A stretch of 64,000 nucleotides of DNA from Tubiluchus corallicola (GCA_030141605.1 JAQGDQ010000061.1:241534-305533), one strand, 5' to 3'. Counted from the first letter of the stretch, positions 1 to 14,013 are shown. The notes: generated from the letters alone by a model not told the origin. Program-made: numbers and translations.

Positions 1-1370
1 AGCGTAACGCTGGCTTACCAACTTCGAAACGAACTTTTTTTGTACGTTTTTTACCCTCGCTTCAAGTCAGGGCATGCCAAGTTCTAGCAGGCAAACGTCG
101 TTTGTGGTAGAAGTACGAACCCCCAGTAGAGCTTTAATAGTAGTGCGGTACTGAACCTCACCAATACGGGCACTGCCACATATCCAGGCTTCGCACCCAT
201 AAAGTATGGACGAGAGCAATGCAGATTCTAGCACCTTCCGTTTTATCCAAAATGGAAAGTCAATGTTCTTGGATACAAATTTGTAAAGAGACAAATTTCA
301 TCACGTGTGGCTGCTTGGATTTAAAATGTTCCCTAACAGCAGCATCGGGCGATCCATCTTGAGTAAAGACAACCCCCAAATAAGTGTAATCATTGCAATT
401 CAGTACACACACATTGTTGATTACAAGTTCCAGAGAACCGTTCACCACCATAAATTTTGTCTTCTCTACATTGATGACCATTCCTGATTCTTCACAAAAT
501 CCTAAAAGCACAAAGTTTCTTCATGGCTTCATGTCTAGACGTGGCAAGCAGAACGGTATCATCCATAAGCAGTAAACAATGAACCCAACCAATAACTTCA
601 CACATCTCAGACAATGTAAAATCATCATCAGTAACAGGCATGTATGGCAAATTGATTGGCGGAACTAAAACTGGATTTTGCTCGTAAGGGTTAAGCAGGC
701 GTTCGAAATGAACCTTAAACTCTTAGTCATTTGGGCGCGTCGCCGACAAGCCCTCTTCATCTAAAGTACCCATCCGATGGCCTTCAAGATAGTTTTTGGA
801 TCGTTTTCAGTAGCCAACCTATGCCATCTATCGACAGCTAGTGGTTGAGTATCATCTCCGCTTGTGTTAGCATTAAATAACTTTGATTGGGAAATAAAAG
901 CCCTAAAGGACTGGTCGATATCTCCAAATGTAGTATTTATATCCAGCGAGTCTGTTATAGGTGGTGGTGGGTGGGGGGGCAATTGTTAAACAACTGCTCG
1001 AGTTGGCCACGGTTTACATCAGTCCACCTTATCTGTTGGTGTAGCAACTTATTCCCAGGCGAAAATGTATATTCTCCAAGCAAACTTGCTCTTAATCTGA
1101 GATCTTCTGCGTTGAAGATTTTATTATCTACCTTTTTTAGATCTAAATGAGCAATAACAGGCGCATGGTTTGAGGGCAAATCAGTATCCGTTACCACCAA
1201 AAAATTGTTTACAGCACCTATCAAGTTATTTGTTATGTAAATATGGTCTAATTCAGATACCCAACGTTCCTTTCTATGAAATGTTATGTGGTTTGAAAAT
1301 TGAAAACCGGTACCTGTCAGGCCATTTAGAACATACGTCATGCAAATGGTGTATCAAACCAAATATTTAG
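1..1370 (-). mobile_element. Degenerate, internally deleted non-LTR retrotransposon (LINE) ORF2: APE endonuclease C-terminus plus RT C-terminal part
   Basis: Minus-strand fragments: SELDHIY...DLPSNHAPV (APE C-terminus, canonical SDH is SNH here), GWVHCLLLMDDTVLLATSR (RT catalytic motif, 558-569), INVEKTKFMV, YTYLGVVFT, SSILYGCEAW, LLGVRTSTTNDVCLLELG. Frameshifts and stops are present. Runs off the window start. Confidence 0.9.
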
Positions 1371-2252
1371 GTTTATTATTAGTTTAGCACAGTTTTAATG
1401 TAAGGAAGTGATTTATTGTGAGGTTCACTCCAAACGTCTCTGCAGCTACAATTAATGACAGCGGAGATGTCTGATTCCTAATGGAAAAAATGAGTGATTG
1501 CAAAGATACCATTGACGCACTTGATGTGCAGTAACTGTGTTTGCGTGTAAACAGCGCGTAACAATTTCAAAAGGTCAGAATCATCGTAAATTGTGTGGCC
1601 AAAACAGGGCATTCAGTGTCCATTAGCATTTGAAATACACTGCAATTGCAGTTATGAACAGGAAAAATTTGCTACTATAGTCATTCAAGACTGCAATGCA
1701 ATACAATGCGTTTCGACATGAGAAAATGCAATGCAGTACAATGTAATGTAATGTAATATGATGCATACCGCAATGCAGTACACCAATACAATCTTTTTAT
1801 AATAGATGTAGTCTAGTCCCAAATCCTGAAAAAGTGCTTCTATAAAGTTTTGGGGAATTTTTTTCGAAAGTGGGCAACATGGCCAATCATATGTTTAATG
1901 TGTGCAATAGAATTCAATACAGCTCAGTACGTTATACACTTCTACATATACATAAACTGGTATTTTCTACTGTGCTAGTGGTTTTTTATTATCTGTAATA
2001 TAATTCTCTATTATATAAAATGATTCGCAACCTAAATTACTTTCACATATTGCTCTGCTTGTTTAGGGATTTGCCATCGCTAGCACTTAATTTTCTTTTT
2101 ACCCACACGCCGCCGACTGCTTTGCAACTAAACATCGCCATTACAATACCCTGCAGGACCATTTGTAAATGTCTAAAAACAGATGCCCCCCCTCCCCCTC
2201 CCGCAAAAGTGATATCACAAAACCGCCCACGAATATTAGATTAGAAATACTA

Positions 2253-3223
2253 CAGGGTGTTTCAGAAGAAACAGCTCAGTAGAAATATGGCGATATGCAT
2301 GTATAATGGAATCTACAAAAACCAAATTATATGATAGAAAAAGTGGAGTTGTTCAAATGTAACTATTTTTACGTCACTACGATGTCATAATCCAGAAGAT
2401 CGGGTTCGTTTTTGACAAAATAAGAAGTATTATTATTCAAAGCAACCAAACTGATGAAGAAAGTGTGTGTGTGTCTTTCATAACATGCAGTGGTTGCTCT
2501 TATTTGTGACTTCAAGTTAAAGGAAAGGCCAAGCCTTCTGGAAAGTTAAGCTTATTTCAAATTGCAATGTTCGCTAAAATGTTAGAAAGATTAAATAATA
2601 AAAGTTTGAGGGCATCTTGTAATTAGTAAAATCACTTAAATGTCACCATCATTTCACGTTTGGGCTTTCGAATCTTGAAAGCCAATTTTCCACCAACGAC
2701 GTCGTTGTCGACTGAAGAAAAGCAGCGCACCATCAATTTCCGACGAAAGTACAATAATTTTTTGGGAAAAGCTGAGTTTGTGATATTGTTAACGAGTGTT
2801 AGGCAAGTTACACAAATTTGAATTAGTTTCTGAGCATCGCGCGCTTACGTTAAGTTACGACGCGTTTACGAAAAGTCACGAAGTCCACCAGTTACGTTAT
2901 AATTTTCAAGTGAATGGCAGTTACCACTGGACCTGAAAATGTCTATACAGCGATAGTATAAATTAACTTCGTGCTTTACAGACAGTTTCTTGAGCATTTC
3001 TTTGACGTATTTTTCTAATTTCAAGTAATAATGTTAAAATAAACCCAAAATGTTGACTTGTCCTTTCCTTTAACAACTCACATTCCAGCAGTTATTGTAG
3101 TGTAGTCTTACACTAAATAACTTAACACCCAATCACAACTCATTATGATTTCAGGATTTTGAGCAGCATATTTCAGCATATCATCACATTTTTACTTCAC
3201 TGTTTTTTTTCTGGAACACCCTG
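2253..3223. mobile_element. Tc1/mariner-type non-autonomous element (MITE)
   Basis: TIRs CAGGGTGTTTCAGAA and TTCTGGAACACCCTG (1 mismatch in 15), flanked by TA at 2251-2252 and 3224-3225. No ORF. Confidence 0.75.
2521..3069. mobile_element. Kolobok-like non-autonomous element nested in the Tc1/mariner MITE
   Basis: TTAA at 2517-2520 and 3070-3073. TIRs AGGAAAGGCCAAGCC and GACTTGTCCTTTCCT (13/15). RR...YY termini with a TTAA target are typical of Kolobok. Confidence 0.65.
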
Positions 3224-3967
3224 TATGATTTCGAAATTATGGCTAAATGGACTTAAATGTAACAGGTTCCATCTTGTAATAATTCTGACAGTTTTGCAAA
3301 AAATACGTAGAAGATGAGTCATGCCAATCGACGAAGAGTTTAGCATATACTGTGTTTATACAGTAATAACAACAGAATTATTATATAATCTTTGTTAAAT
3401 ACGCTATTACGCTATTACGACAAATCAGTTAGCAGTTCCCAATAATTAAAAAAATGTTTTAAGCGTAATAATAGTACTTAGTGGTTGTCTGTGTAGTATC
3501 TTGGCTGTGGTATTGTTGGTGTAGTATCTTGTAGATTTAGTTTGTTCTATTTAATGCCTCACAGCCATTAAATTACGACCAATTTACTGGAATACTAGAC
3601 AAACTGACAACTTTGTGGAACTTTGATTAATACCCCACGATTAGCAGTGGTCTGAAATACTCGTACATTTAACGCGACACAAGTGCTTTGTGGGAAACTT
3701 TTAAATAACCAACAAAAACTTAGATAAGCTGACGCAATGTCTTCACGATTAGTCGGAATTTTTAGCCTCTGGGGATGAATGAGGCGGTTAAAGCATCCAG
3801 TGGCGAGGTCCGCCGGCAAGTTTTTGTTTCTATCTGACAAATCGATCTGCCCCTGCGGTTATCAGGCCAAATAGCAAGAGCTGTTGGATTCGAGTCCCAA
3901 AAAAGCATAACAATTTTTTCAGATGTTCTAGCTTAGTATTGGTTTTGTGTGATATATATATACATAT

Positions 3968-4075
3968 ATTCTATTCTATTCTGTTCTGTTCTGTTCTGTT
4001 CTGTTCTGTTCTGTTCTGTTCTGTTCTGTTCTGTTCTGTTCTATTCTATTCTATTCTATTCTATTCTATTCTATT
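3968..4075. repeat. Compound pentanucleotide microsatellite (TTCTA)n/(TTCTG)n
   Basis: Directly visible. Confidence 0.95.
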
Positions 4076-4090
4076 ATAATATTAATATAT

Positions 4091-4430
4091 TACTAGAAAA
4101 GGCCCCGGAAAAAATTTTGCTTATAAATATACGTATAAACAAAAATACGCAAACATCCTACCTAGTGTTTGTGTACTTACCTAAGGCAAAGCCAGTAGCA
4201 GCAGCTTTTACTGAATTAAAGTCATAAGATTGGCCATTTTTGGAGGTTTTTTGCCCCCCGTTTGTCCCGGTGGGGCCGATTCGAAAAATAAACCCCCAAT
4301 GGCACGACACTAGATCGAGACCTTTCGTTTGATGTATAGATCGCCGCAAATGGTGCCGTGGTCCGAGCTGTAACCTCGAATCTTATATACATATATATAT
4401 ATATAACCACCGAAATTAATATTAATATAT
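4091..4430. mobile_element. Possible Helentron-associated (DINE-1/HINE-like) non-autonomous element
   Basis: Starts TACTAGAAAAGGCCCCG and ends in a short (TA)n tract plus an AT-rich terminus. Resemblance in architecture only. Confidence 0.35.
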
Positions 4431-5666
4431 TATACTATATACTATATATAACATAAGTACATATATATTATACTATATACTATAATAATATAATATTTGT
4501 ATACTATGTTTATGTAATACTTTATTGTAATAAAACATACACAAAATGTACAGTAATAAAATCACAATGCATATAAATGTTTGTGTAGTTTCAGTCTCTG
4601 GACTGATGTTTTACAATAGTGTCAGATTGTTAATAAATTATACATGAATTATACACGTTAGTAAATTATATACTGTATATTAGAATAGCATACGGCATTT
4701 CTGCACAGCCTCTATCTGATGTGACTATTTGGCGGAACGCACTAATAAAGCAACGTATATATGACGTTACGTTCGACCTCGTTCTGATAATAGAAAACAA
4801 TCACGCAATTTCTTGCAGTTTAAAAGCACCAATTATACCCTGCACGCTACATTCACGGTATTTTACATTTTAATTTCCTGCCCCGTTAGTTTACACGCTA
4901 TAGAGTTTCGAAAATTAATCATTGTTATCATGTTGCTACAATCAGCAAAGCTGCTTTGTAGCTTACATGGAAGTTTCCTAGTGCACTGTGAAGCAGCTAG
5001 TAATCAATTGTTGAAACTTTGCAAGCTGCACTGCCCTATCTCATTCACATGTAGGTTATATTTTATTAATTCTTGCATTTCACAACATATGCATAATTAT
5101 ATTTTATCAATGCGGTCATATATTTTGTACCTATTGATTTCATTCATTAAATTTTGTTCGCGGAGATATAATTGCTTTAAACTTCCGAGATGGCATTGTT
5201 TCAAACTTTAAAAAAGAAGTAAATTGTATGTGGCATAATCCATTGCATTTACTTCGAATGCACAGCATCAAATTGTGACTGTCTGAATCGTGTTTGTACA
5301 GAAATTGTGGAGATATGATAGCATGTGCATTGTGCGTCCCTTTCCCAGTAGATGCAGATGATTCAAATATTAACTTGTTTTGTTCGATTTATCATTTCAC
5401 GCGTTCATAAAATCAATGCACTTTGTATATCTTTTGTAAGTTTATGTCACGTACTCTGGAAGTTCAAAAGCACAAAAGCATACTTTAATGTCATTTAAAT
5501 GATTTGAATTTTGTGGCCATGCGTTGCTATGACATATGGTTGTTTTAGACGCAAGGAAAAGAAAGAATTTGAATTAACTGCATAAAAAGAGTAAAGAAAA
5601 ATAAGAGAATGTATCTAATCACACTGGAAATTGATCTTAATGTCTATCTGTAAGGCTGCGTGGCAG

Positions 5667-5782
<116 letters not shown>

Positions 5783-7899
5783 ACCCTTGCTGCTCTTTCT
5801 CTGCACCTCGGTAAATTATACAGCCAAAACGCAAAGTTCCTGCATATTACGCAAGCTTTCAAGATTTTGCGCGGATGTAAAGCTGTAAATAATGCCTCCA
5901 CTGGGAAAATCGGTTGTTTTGCACAACCTCCCGTTCATCTATGTCACGATTACGAGACGCAAGACAACTATATATACGATTATGTGATATACACTAACAG
6001 CAAACCGTTACGTTAGGATAATCATTCATCACATAATTGTTATGAGTATGAAAAAACCTTTATTAGCTAAATAGTCACGTGAAGTAATAAAAATATGTTT
6101 TTTTTTCAAAATTCTTTCAACTGGCAAAATCTTATGTAAAGTACTTGTAACAGAAACTTCGTAACACTCCATGGTATATTTATGATGGCTGATTTTTTAC
6201 TTGGCTTTCTCTAAGATCAGAGCCATACTATTACTTTGCTTTGTTTAAATTTGGGAAATGCCAGGCAAATTTTACACGAGAAACACGACAACTGGATGTC
6301 TTTGCTGCTGCACTATAGATTGACAATAGTAAAGTTGTTTTGGATGATTCAAGTCATCGCTTTTTATCGGGCTATTTGTCATAATCGCCACCCGTAGATT
6401 TGATACGACCCAGGTATTGTGGTACACCTTACCAGGTGACAAATTACATTTTTACCTGCATCGAAGTGCAAGAACACGTGTCTTAAAGTTTGTGGAGAAA
6501 ATGAAGCCGTGTGCAGGCTAACTACGAAATATGACAACATCGGATAGACCATTTTACCAGAAGTTGGCAATCTGTGTTCCCTTCTGGCTATAATAGCAAA
6601 TGGTTAAAGCTGGCACCTATATTGCAAGTGTAAAGATCTAATATACAGTAGTAAATTGGTTAACTGGAACTCAATAGAAAGGGACGAAAAAACAAAGTGT
6701 GAGATTCCATTTCTGAGAGTCTTACATAACTTAAAGCCAAGTCTTATGCGATTACTGTATGATGTCATAGTGAGCTAGAACAATCACCTTATATAAAAAA
6801 GTTAGATTTTAGGTTCAACAGTTAGTGATCTATTAGACTTTAAGATTCAGTAACTTGAAAATGCACAAGTCAATGCATAGAAATTGATGAGTAAAACATT
6901 TTAATAACATGCTTTAGTAATATGGCATCGGAATTCGACACGGTCAAGTTTAGTTCAATGATCAAAAGTCAAGCGTGTTTTTAGTCGGGTTTCTCAATGT
7001 GAGTTAGTGAGCACGAACCGAGAGAATTGCTCTACGGAATCGACAGAGCGTCAACAGATCTACAAACTTGTTATTTTCCTGTATGTGGCGCGCATAGCCA
7101 CGAAATATCGAACTAATGTTGCGAGCTGTTGTAAGACTTTAATGCAATGTTGGCAGGTGTACTAGTTTATAATTAATGATTTACGTCAGGCGAAATGATA
7201 TAATTAAATGTGTAGTCGCATCTGACCGCTGCAGCATTGCAATAATCTTATATAATTCTGATGTCCTTCCCTAGAGCATTTAAATTACAGATAAGGCAGG
7301 ATACATGGAGGTAAAACCTAATAGCGACTGTATCATGGTCTTTAGAAGCTGAAATGAGATTTCACGAGGAAGTATGTTGTATAACTCGATCTTGTATTCA
7401 CTGACGAATAGTAGAAACTTTAGTAGGCTAGGTAGTGAAAGGTGACTTTAAACCTTTGATTTTTTTACTTTGTGGTTAGTATAAAAAGCTTTTTCATTAG
7501 AAATGGAAAAAAAACAATTACGTATACACCAGGCACTGAATTTCATTTTTTCATCACGTGCAAAATAGATGGCTACCTGTATAATTTGTTAATATTATAA
7601 AATACAAAAAATAATATTTTGTTATTTTTGCGGTTTTTCTGTATTCTTTTTTCCTCACGAAGAGAGCCCATAGTGGTGGCCTGAAATGTCGTGCCTTTTT
7701 TTACTGTGGGATTTCTATTAATCTTGGAACATGGCACTTTGCTTTAGCTATACAGAATGAGAACGTGAACTGATTTTTACTTTGATATTCAAACAAAACT
7801 GCCATGAAAAATCCTAAGATGTCCTTGAAGCTCTTTCTTTTATTACACTGTTACATTTGTATACAGAACTATTAAAGAAGTCATAGTATAGTTTATTGA

Positions 7900-8310
7900 C
7901 GAACGACACAAAACAATATACAATACAATTTACATGTAAAAAATCACACAGCATACAAAGCATCCCAACACTTGTGTATAATCGTCATAATTATTAAAAC
8001 AGTAAAAGAAACAGTAGAGGTCAAACAGTAAATAATATCTGCGCGTTTACAAAAATAACATAATTACAGGAATGCGCTTTTGCTATCAATTGGATATGAT
8101 TTTCTGCGACTAAGATATTATTTTCTTCTTTTGAAACAGTCTGTAATATAGTTTGAAATTAAATTTGCAAGTTCACTTTGATTTCGATTCATTACAAATG
8201 TAAATTTTTCCTATACCGTAAGATTAATAAAGTTTGGGAAAATTTCATTGACTTGAAAAAACAGGCTATGTCTTAAATCATTATAATGATTACATTCAAT
8301 ACATACAGTC
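7900..8310 (-). mobile_element. 3' remnant of a LINE (end of ORF2 plus AT-rich 3' UTR)
   Basis: Minus-strand translation IECNHYNDLRHSLFFQVNEIFPNFINLTV*EKFTFVMN...ISNYITDCFKRR resembles the C-terminal Cys/His region of CR1/L2-group LINE ORF2. Confidence 0.6.
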
Positions 8311-9254
8311 ATTGTCGCCGATACTGTCGCAGATACTGTCGCCGAGTGCGCCATCTCAACACTCGCCAAAGGGAACTTTAAAATTGTCATAAATCCGTCA
8401 TTTACACATTTACTGTCCATATTTACAACTTATTACATTGTTACGTAAATGTCAGCTGCAGAGATTCAAGCAAAGCATTGATTGTAGCACTGCATGCAAA
8501 ATTGTTAATCACGCAAATCTTGATCTCTTGAGATTTAATTGACATCAGAGCGAAATATTTTAACACCTTGATTGCCAATTATCGTGAACAGAGATGCCGT
8601 GTGTCATATTTAATATATATGATCAACAATATAATCATGTGTCTTCAAATGTCATCTTGTTTAGGCTGATGATGTTATATGTTGGAGATTTAGTCGGCCA
8701 CGGCAAAGCCGCGTCTTAGTATGATGTGCGCACGTACCTACTCAGCAAGAAAATCAGCCAATGACTCTTTTGTTATACTCATATTCATATGAATAAATAA
8801 AAAACAAACAAAATTGTGCGCATTTAACTAGACTGGATAATATGACAACGTTGTATGATCGAGATGTAGCGAAAATATTCAGTTATCTGCCACCGGGAAA
8901 TTGTTCTGACGCTGTTTCAATCATCCACCGAAAGTACTTTGTCAAACGGCCCAATGTAAGCAAATTTACACGTAGTAGTACTAAATACAGAAATCTTAAT
9001 TGCAACTCTGTAAGCTGTGAAAAAATTATTTTTCATATCGACAATACGTCATAAATTACGTGGAAGAACTTACAGCAGAATAATCGTGATACGTCCAGTT
9101 TACACTTCGAACAAGAGCTCAAAGCTCAGAGCTCATTTTCATTTGGTAAACCCGCAATTTCTGTGCATCATACGAGCACGAGAGTCGGACTTTCTCAGCT
9201 AAGCTATGACATGTTCTCTAAAGACTTTAACGATAATTACGGACACTCAGGATT

Positions 9255-9620
9255 TTGTGCGTAATTGTAATTGTAGATTTCGGTCTGAGTCTGCTGAACA
9301 CTTTTTGTTACACTGTCCATTTGTATGAACAAGCTGATAAATTAAATGAAATACTGCTGTCTAAAAACCTTAATATAGCTGCGTTAGGAAGTAATGATCT
9401 GTTGAAATTGTTATTGTTTAGAAAAGATGGCTTTAATTTTGTTGTTAATTGTAGACTATTCCAATAGATGCGTGACTTTATATTCCGCACTAAACGTTTC
9501 CATTAGTTTCTATCTCCAACATAAATGCGTCAGTCCTAAATTCGTAGATACAAATGTTTTAACTGTCGATTTATTTGTTACATCTAATGTAGTCTTGTGG
9601 TAAACCTGTGGTCAGATAGC
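9255..9620 (+). mobile_element. 3' remnant of a LINE (end of ORF2)
   Basis: With frameshifts it reads ESAEHFLLHCP...LNEILL...NDLLKLLLF...N...DFIFRTKRF, a typical LINE ORF2 C-terminal CCHC/tail pattern. Confidence 0.65.
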
Positions 9621-10614
9621 GTTGTAGTAGCCATTCTTATTGAAAAATGTTTCTAACTTGTTGCAGTTTCAAATTATGTTTTGAAACTGCCTGATCCAAT
9701 CCCATATTACGTTTAAGCTAACTAGATGCCGGATTGTCGGAACATGTAGATATTTTAGGAAATCTATAGGGCTGCTTGAGATTCATTTGAATGTTAGGTT
9801 TCTGAGGACTTAGGTGTGAATACGTCTTAATAATGATTGCCCTCTTCAGACTACACAGACAACAAATACTTCAACGAAGTGCCAAGAAATTAACAGCTGG
9901 ATTTTCTAGACAATTAAGTCTTTCGGCTGAAGTAAAATCAGTTAGTAATGGACAGTTTAATCACGTTTGGTGAATGACTTCAGCAAACAATTCCGCCGTA
10001 TAAACCTTTTAATAATGTCACATGTTTATTATGGATTATGTGAAAACAAATTAGGGTACGTACTGTAACTGTACACATTCAAAAATATTGATAATTAATT
10101 AAGTAAAACTAATGATGACATTAAAAAGTAGGTACGGTATAACGAAAGATGTTGAGCCATCAGAAAAAAATTGGTATATACCAGTGACATACGCATTGTA
10201 TAGTGTAGTAGATAAGGAGCTAGTATGTAGTTATGTAGGTAGGTGTGTTTGTACATACTAACTAGCATTGCTAATTAGTATATTTGTTAACCGATGTAAT
10301 CTGAGTTGAGCTAAATAGGCCTTTTAATGGAATTAAAGGTAGCACATATTACCATTACAGAATTGACGTATTACAGCTTTACAGTGATTCCATAAACGTA
10401 TTCATTTTAGCAAAATTCTAATTTCAAATACTGTTTTTTCTTGAAAGTTAACTATTGAGCTACTTTTTTGTATGTTTTTTCGACTTGTCCGTAGAGTCCT
10501 GCAGATGTGCGTAAAGCTAAGAACTCTCTGTTTCTCTCTTTCTCTGTGTCTCTCACTCAATCTCTCTCTCCCCTTTTCTTTCTCTCTCTTAATCTCTCAC
10601 TTTCACTTGTACTG

Positions 10615-10729
<115 letters not shown>

Positions 10730-11354
10730 TTCTCACTTTCTCCCTCCCACCTTCCTCTCATTCCCTCCTCCTCTCTCCTATCCTAAAACTCGTTCATTAA
10801 GCGAAAACTGAGTGTAAACTTTATAGGTCTAGTTCCAGGTGAATGATATTCCAGGTTAAATAGTTATTTTGATTTATTCTAATTTTTTTGATCAGGCAAA
10901 GATAATTATGATTTTGTGTTTTTTTGCAAAATATAATAATTTAATATAATTTAATTTAGGTACTAAGCTTAATGTGAAAATAGATTTTTTGCTGCATTTA
11001 AATGGAGCGTGTCGATTAAACGTGAGAATCTATATGGTACATTCTTGTTGTGAAATGAATTAATATCACTTGTAGATTTACTCTTGCCTGCAATCATTAA
11101 ACAAACAGTTTTATGAAGTCTGTTTGCTCCACAGCTTGCGCTATTACTTATCAAGCAGCTTCCAGAGAGAAAGAGAGACAGCGTCTCTATTAGACTAGTT
11201 CTAGAATGTGTTAAACATACATGAACTGAAGCCACTTCAACTGATTATCCACTGAAATATTAATTCGCGGTTTGATGAATGGCGCCTCAAAATAGAGATG
11301 CTTAGCACACATTTTTGAGGTTTGGGGACTTGAGTCTTTATACTATACATCAAT

Positions 11355-11680
11355 ATTAAGCAAATAAATGTAGAAACGAGTGGACATATGCAGAAATAAA
11401 TGGACAGGCGGATGGACGAATACATAAACAAACGAATAAACAAGGGACAAACTAATAATCCCGAAAATGAAAGAACGAAACCACATACAGGAACACAAAC
11501 AAACAAAAAAAGAAACAAACAAGTGAACACACGAAAGAACGAATGAACAAATGAGGAAAACCAACGAAAGAAAATGGGAACAGACAAACAAACAAACGAA
11601 CGATCGAAACAGCAAACGAGTAAATGAACGAGCAAATAAGGGAATGAAGAAATTAATGAGCGCATGAATGAATGAAGGGC
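11355..11680. repeat. Degenerate (ACAA/ACGA/ATGA)-type tetranucleotide low-complexity tract
   Basis: 4-nt periodic A-rich sequence; source of the spurious hydrophobic minus-strand ORFs. Confidence 0.7.
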
Positions 11681-11699
11681 TAACACCTAGATTTATTTT

Positions 11700-12260
11700 C
11701 ACCAATCAGCAGTAAAATCTTAGATTCTATTAACTGATGCCTCCTAAACTGAAGTGGAAGCATTATATATTACAATCTTTCTTAAACACCGCCGTGAGCA
11801 ACAATGCTTTTGTGAAAGAAAACAGAGTGAAGAATAGACAAACAGACAATCAAACGGCAATAAGAAAAATAACCTCGTTGAGGAGAATTCGACGTGGAAG
11901 GTTTCCTTTTGCCCATTAGACAGCTTGTTATGTTTGAAAATGAGATAGTGCTCTTGTCATCCGCCACGGTCGTCACCGTAAAGGAAGTCTAAATTCTTTA
12001 TTTTTCTCAGAAGGTTTTGTCAGAATTATCATGTTGTTTTTTTGTAATTAGTAATTGACATATTTCTTATAATTCAGTTTTTAATACAGTTACAGCTTCT
12101 TTTATCAATTTTGTATCCTTTATTTTACTGACAGTGTACACCTTCGTTTTTAGTTTCACCTGTAATTCCTGTTATTGTATGTCTCTGTACAACTGACGAA
12201 GTATGTGAGGGACGGAACTTCTGAGAAAAAGTCTTTTTTGAGGCTTAATGGGCATTTTGA
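11700..12260 (+). mobile_element. Penelope-like element 3' remnant
   Basis: Frameshifted KILDS...KLK..EALYI (11714-11770) resembles the PLE GIY-YIG C-terminus. A T-rich UTR follows, then CTGACGAAGT...GGGACGGAAC (12193-12218), a decayed minimal hammerhead core. Confidence 0.45.
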
Positions 12261-14013
12261 CATCTTTTACAACTTCTTACGTTCTCAATTTTCGTATCAT
12301 TAAATTGGTGGAGAATTCAGTGTGATTAATTCCCTTCGGAGACAATCTGTGAGCGAACTTCACGTTTGTTCGACTTTATAATTTTCGGTCTATTTGATCT
12401 TTAGAGAAGCTAATCAAAATGTAATTAGTCACGTGATGTGTGATCGATTTTCTAGGCGATTAAAAGAGCAATTGAAAAATTTTGCGCGCTGTGTTATGAA
12501 AATGTCAGCAGGTAGAATGGCGTTTGTCAGCATTCTGTAGGATTTTTACTTCTAAACATACAAAATAAAAAGAAGGGTGAACAAACGTACAGTATTAAAT
12601 TTTGGAACCCAACTTCTCCCAAAGAAAGAAAAGAATGGGGGCAGAGACTGGATTTGAACGAGGGACCGGGCTTTCTAAAGTTATGAGACTGAATGTTTGT
12701 TATCATTATTTTTGTTTTAGTAAGGTTGAGTCTTGAAGTTCGATTAGTGTAACTAGTAACAAATTGTTTTTATTTATTCTAGTTTTGCTGTATAGGGTCA
12801 ACGTTTCTTTCCCAGCTATAAAATGATGATTATTGCACTAGAACGTGATGAATTATGATAACAAATTGGTCAGACTTTACATTATAAGCTAGTACACAGT
12901 AAATATCTAAGTTTCAACCACAAATAAACCACATTTTAATTTATTTAGTCTATAACTTAATGCCATCGATTAAATCTATTATTCAGCAGCTTGCGCTTTC
13001 ATTTTACATGTCTGTTATAACAAATTGACTGTGCACAGACAAGTGGGAAAAAAGTATTTGACCTATACCACATAATAGCTGTTTTCCTGGGAAGAATTCT
13101 TGGAGCGGGCTTAATATAATCCTATTCCAGAAAACCGGGTTTGGCAAGCATTCAACATTAATTGCGAAGGTAATGGGAATGCCATTTCCAACTAACCAAA
13201 ATTCTTTGCTTACTTATTATTTATTTTATTTATTTCGTAATCTTTCAAGTACAATACACAAGTGGCAAGGCAATTAAAAAGTGTTATAAAATAATAAAGG
13301 ACTACTACAAAAACAGTGCAAATTAAAACAAAGTGATAATAATAATATAAGTAGTAGATTGCGGTAAAAAACACAAAGAACTAAAATAGCTGTTTACAAG
13401 TATCTGTTAAAAAGTAAAAATTTGCTAAAATCAACATGGCATAGCCGTTTTTTAAATAATTTACATTTGCTGAAAGGTGCCAATGATGCCTAAATACACT
13501 TTGGTGTCAGCTTACAAAACTTATTCAGTGAAACTGTTAATGCAGGGGTCATTTCTGGAGTAGACTTACACCAGAATTACGTATTTTTAGGAACATGGCG
13601 GCATTCATTGCTTATCTCACTCTTTAGCGTACATACATAGCACTATCACTTTAAACATGGAAAGCGACTTATGCGAATGTTGTCAGGAGCTGATATAAAG
13701 TGGAGGCTGCGTGCCCCTTGAGACTCAGATACAAGTACCTATTTCCTCTAAATCAACACAAATCTCTAATATAAGTGAAAGCTTCGTTAGTAGTTGCCAC
13801 ACATTTCGGCTAAAGGCTACATGTCTCCATGCTGATCGACCGTCTATAGAATCCTTAGATCCTAGTACCAGACGAGAATAATTATTTGGCAGGCGCCTCA
13901 TTTTTGTAACACAATATAGTTATCGTGTCTTTTCTTTTCTTTATTCACAATAAAAAAGCGATACTTTTTTCGGTTATTTCTTCACAATATTTGCGATTTT
14001 ATTTTTCCTTTTT

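Noticed and set aside
11237-11705. Hydrophobic membrane-protein-like ORFs on the minus strand
   Set aside because: They derive from a degenerate tetranucleotide low-complexity tract.
12630-12700. tRNA gene on the minus strand (GTTCAAATCC B-box-like); also GATTCGAGTCCC near 3887
   Set aside because: No cloverleaf can be built; at most decayed SINE heads.
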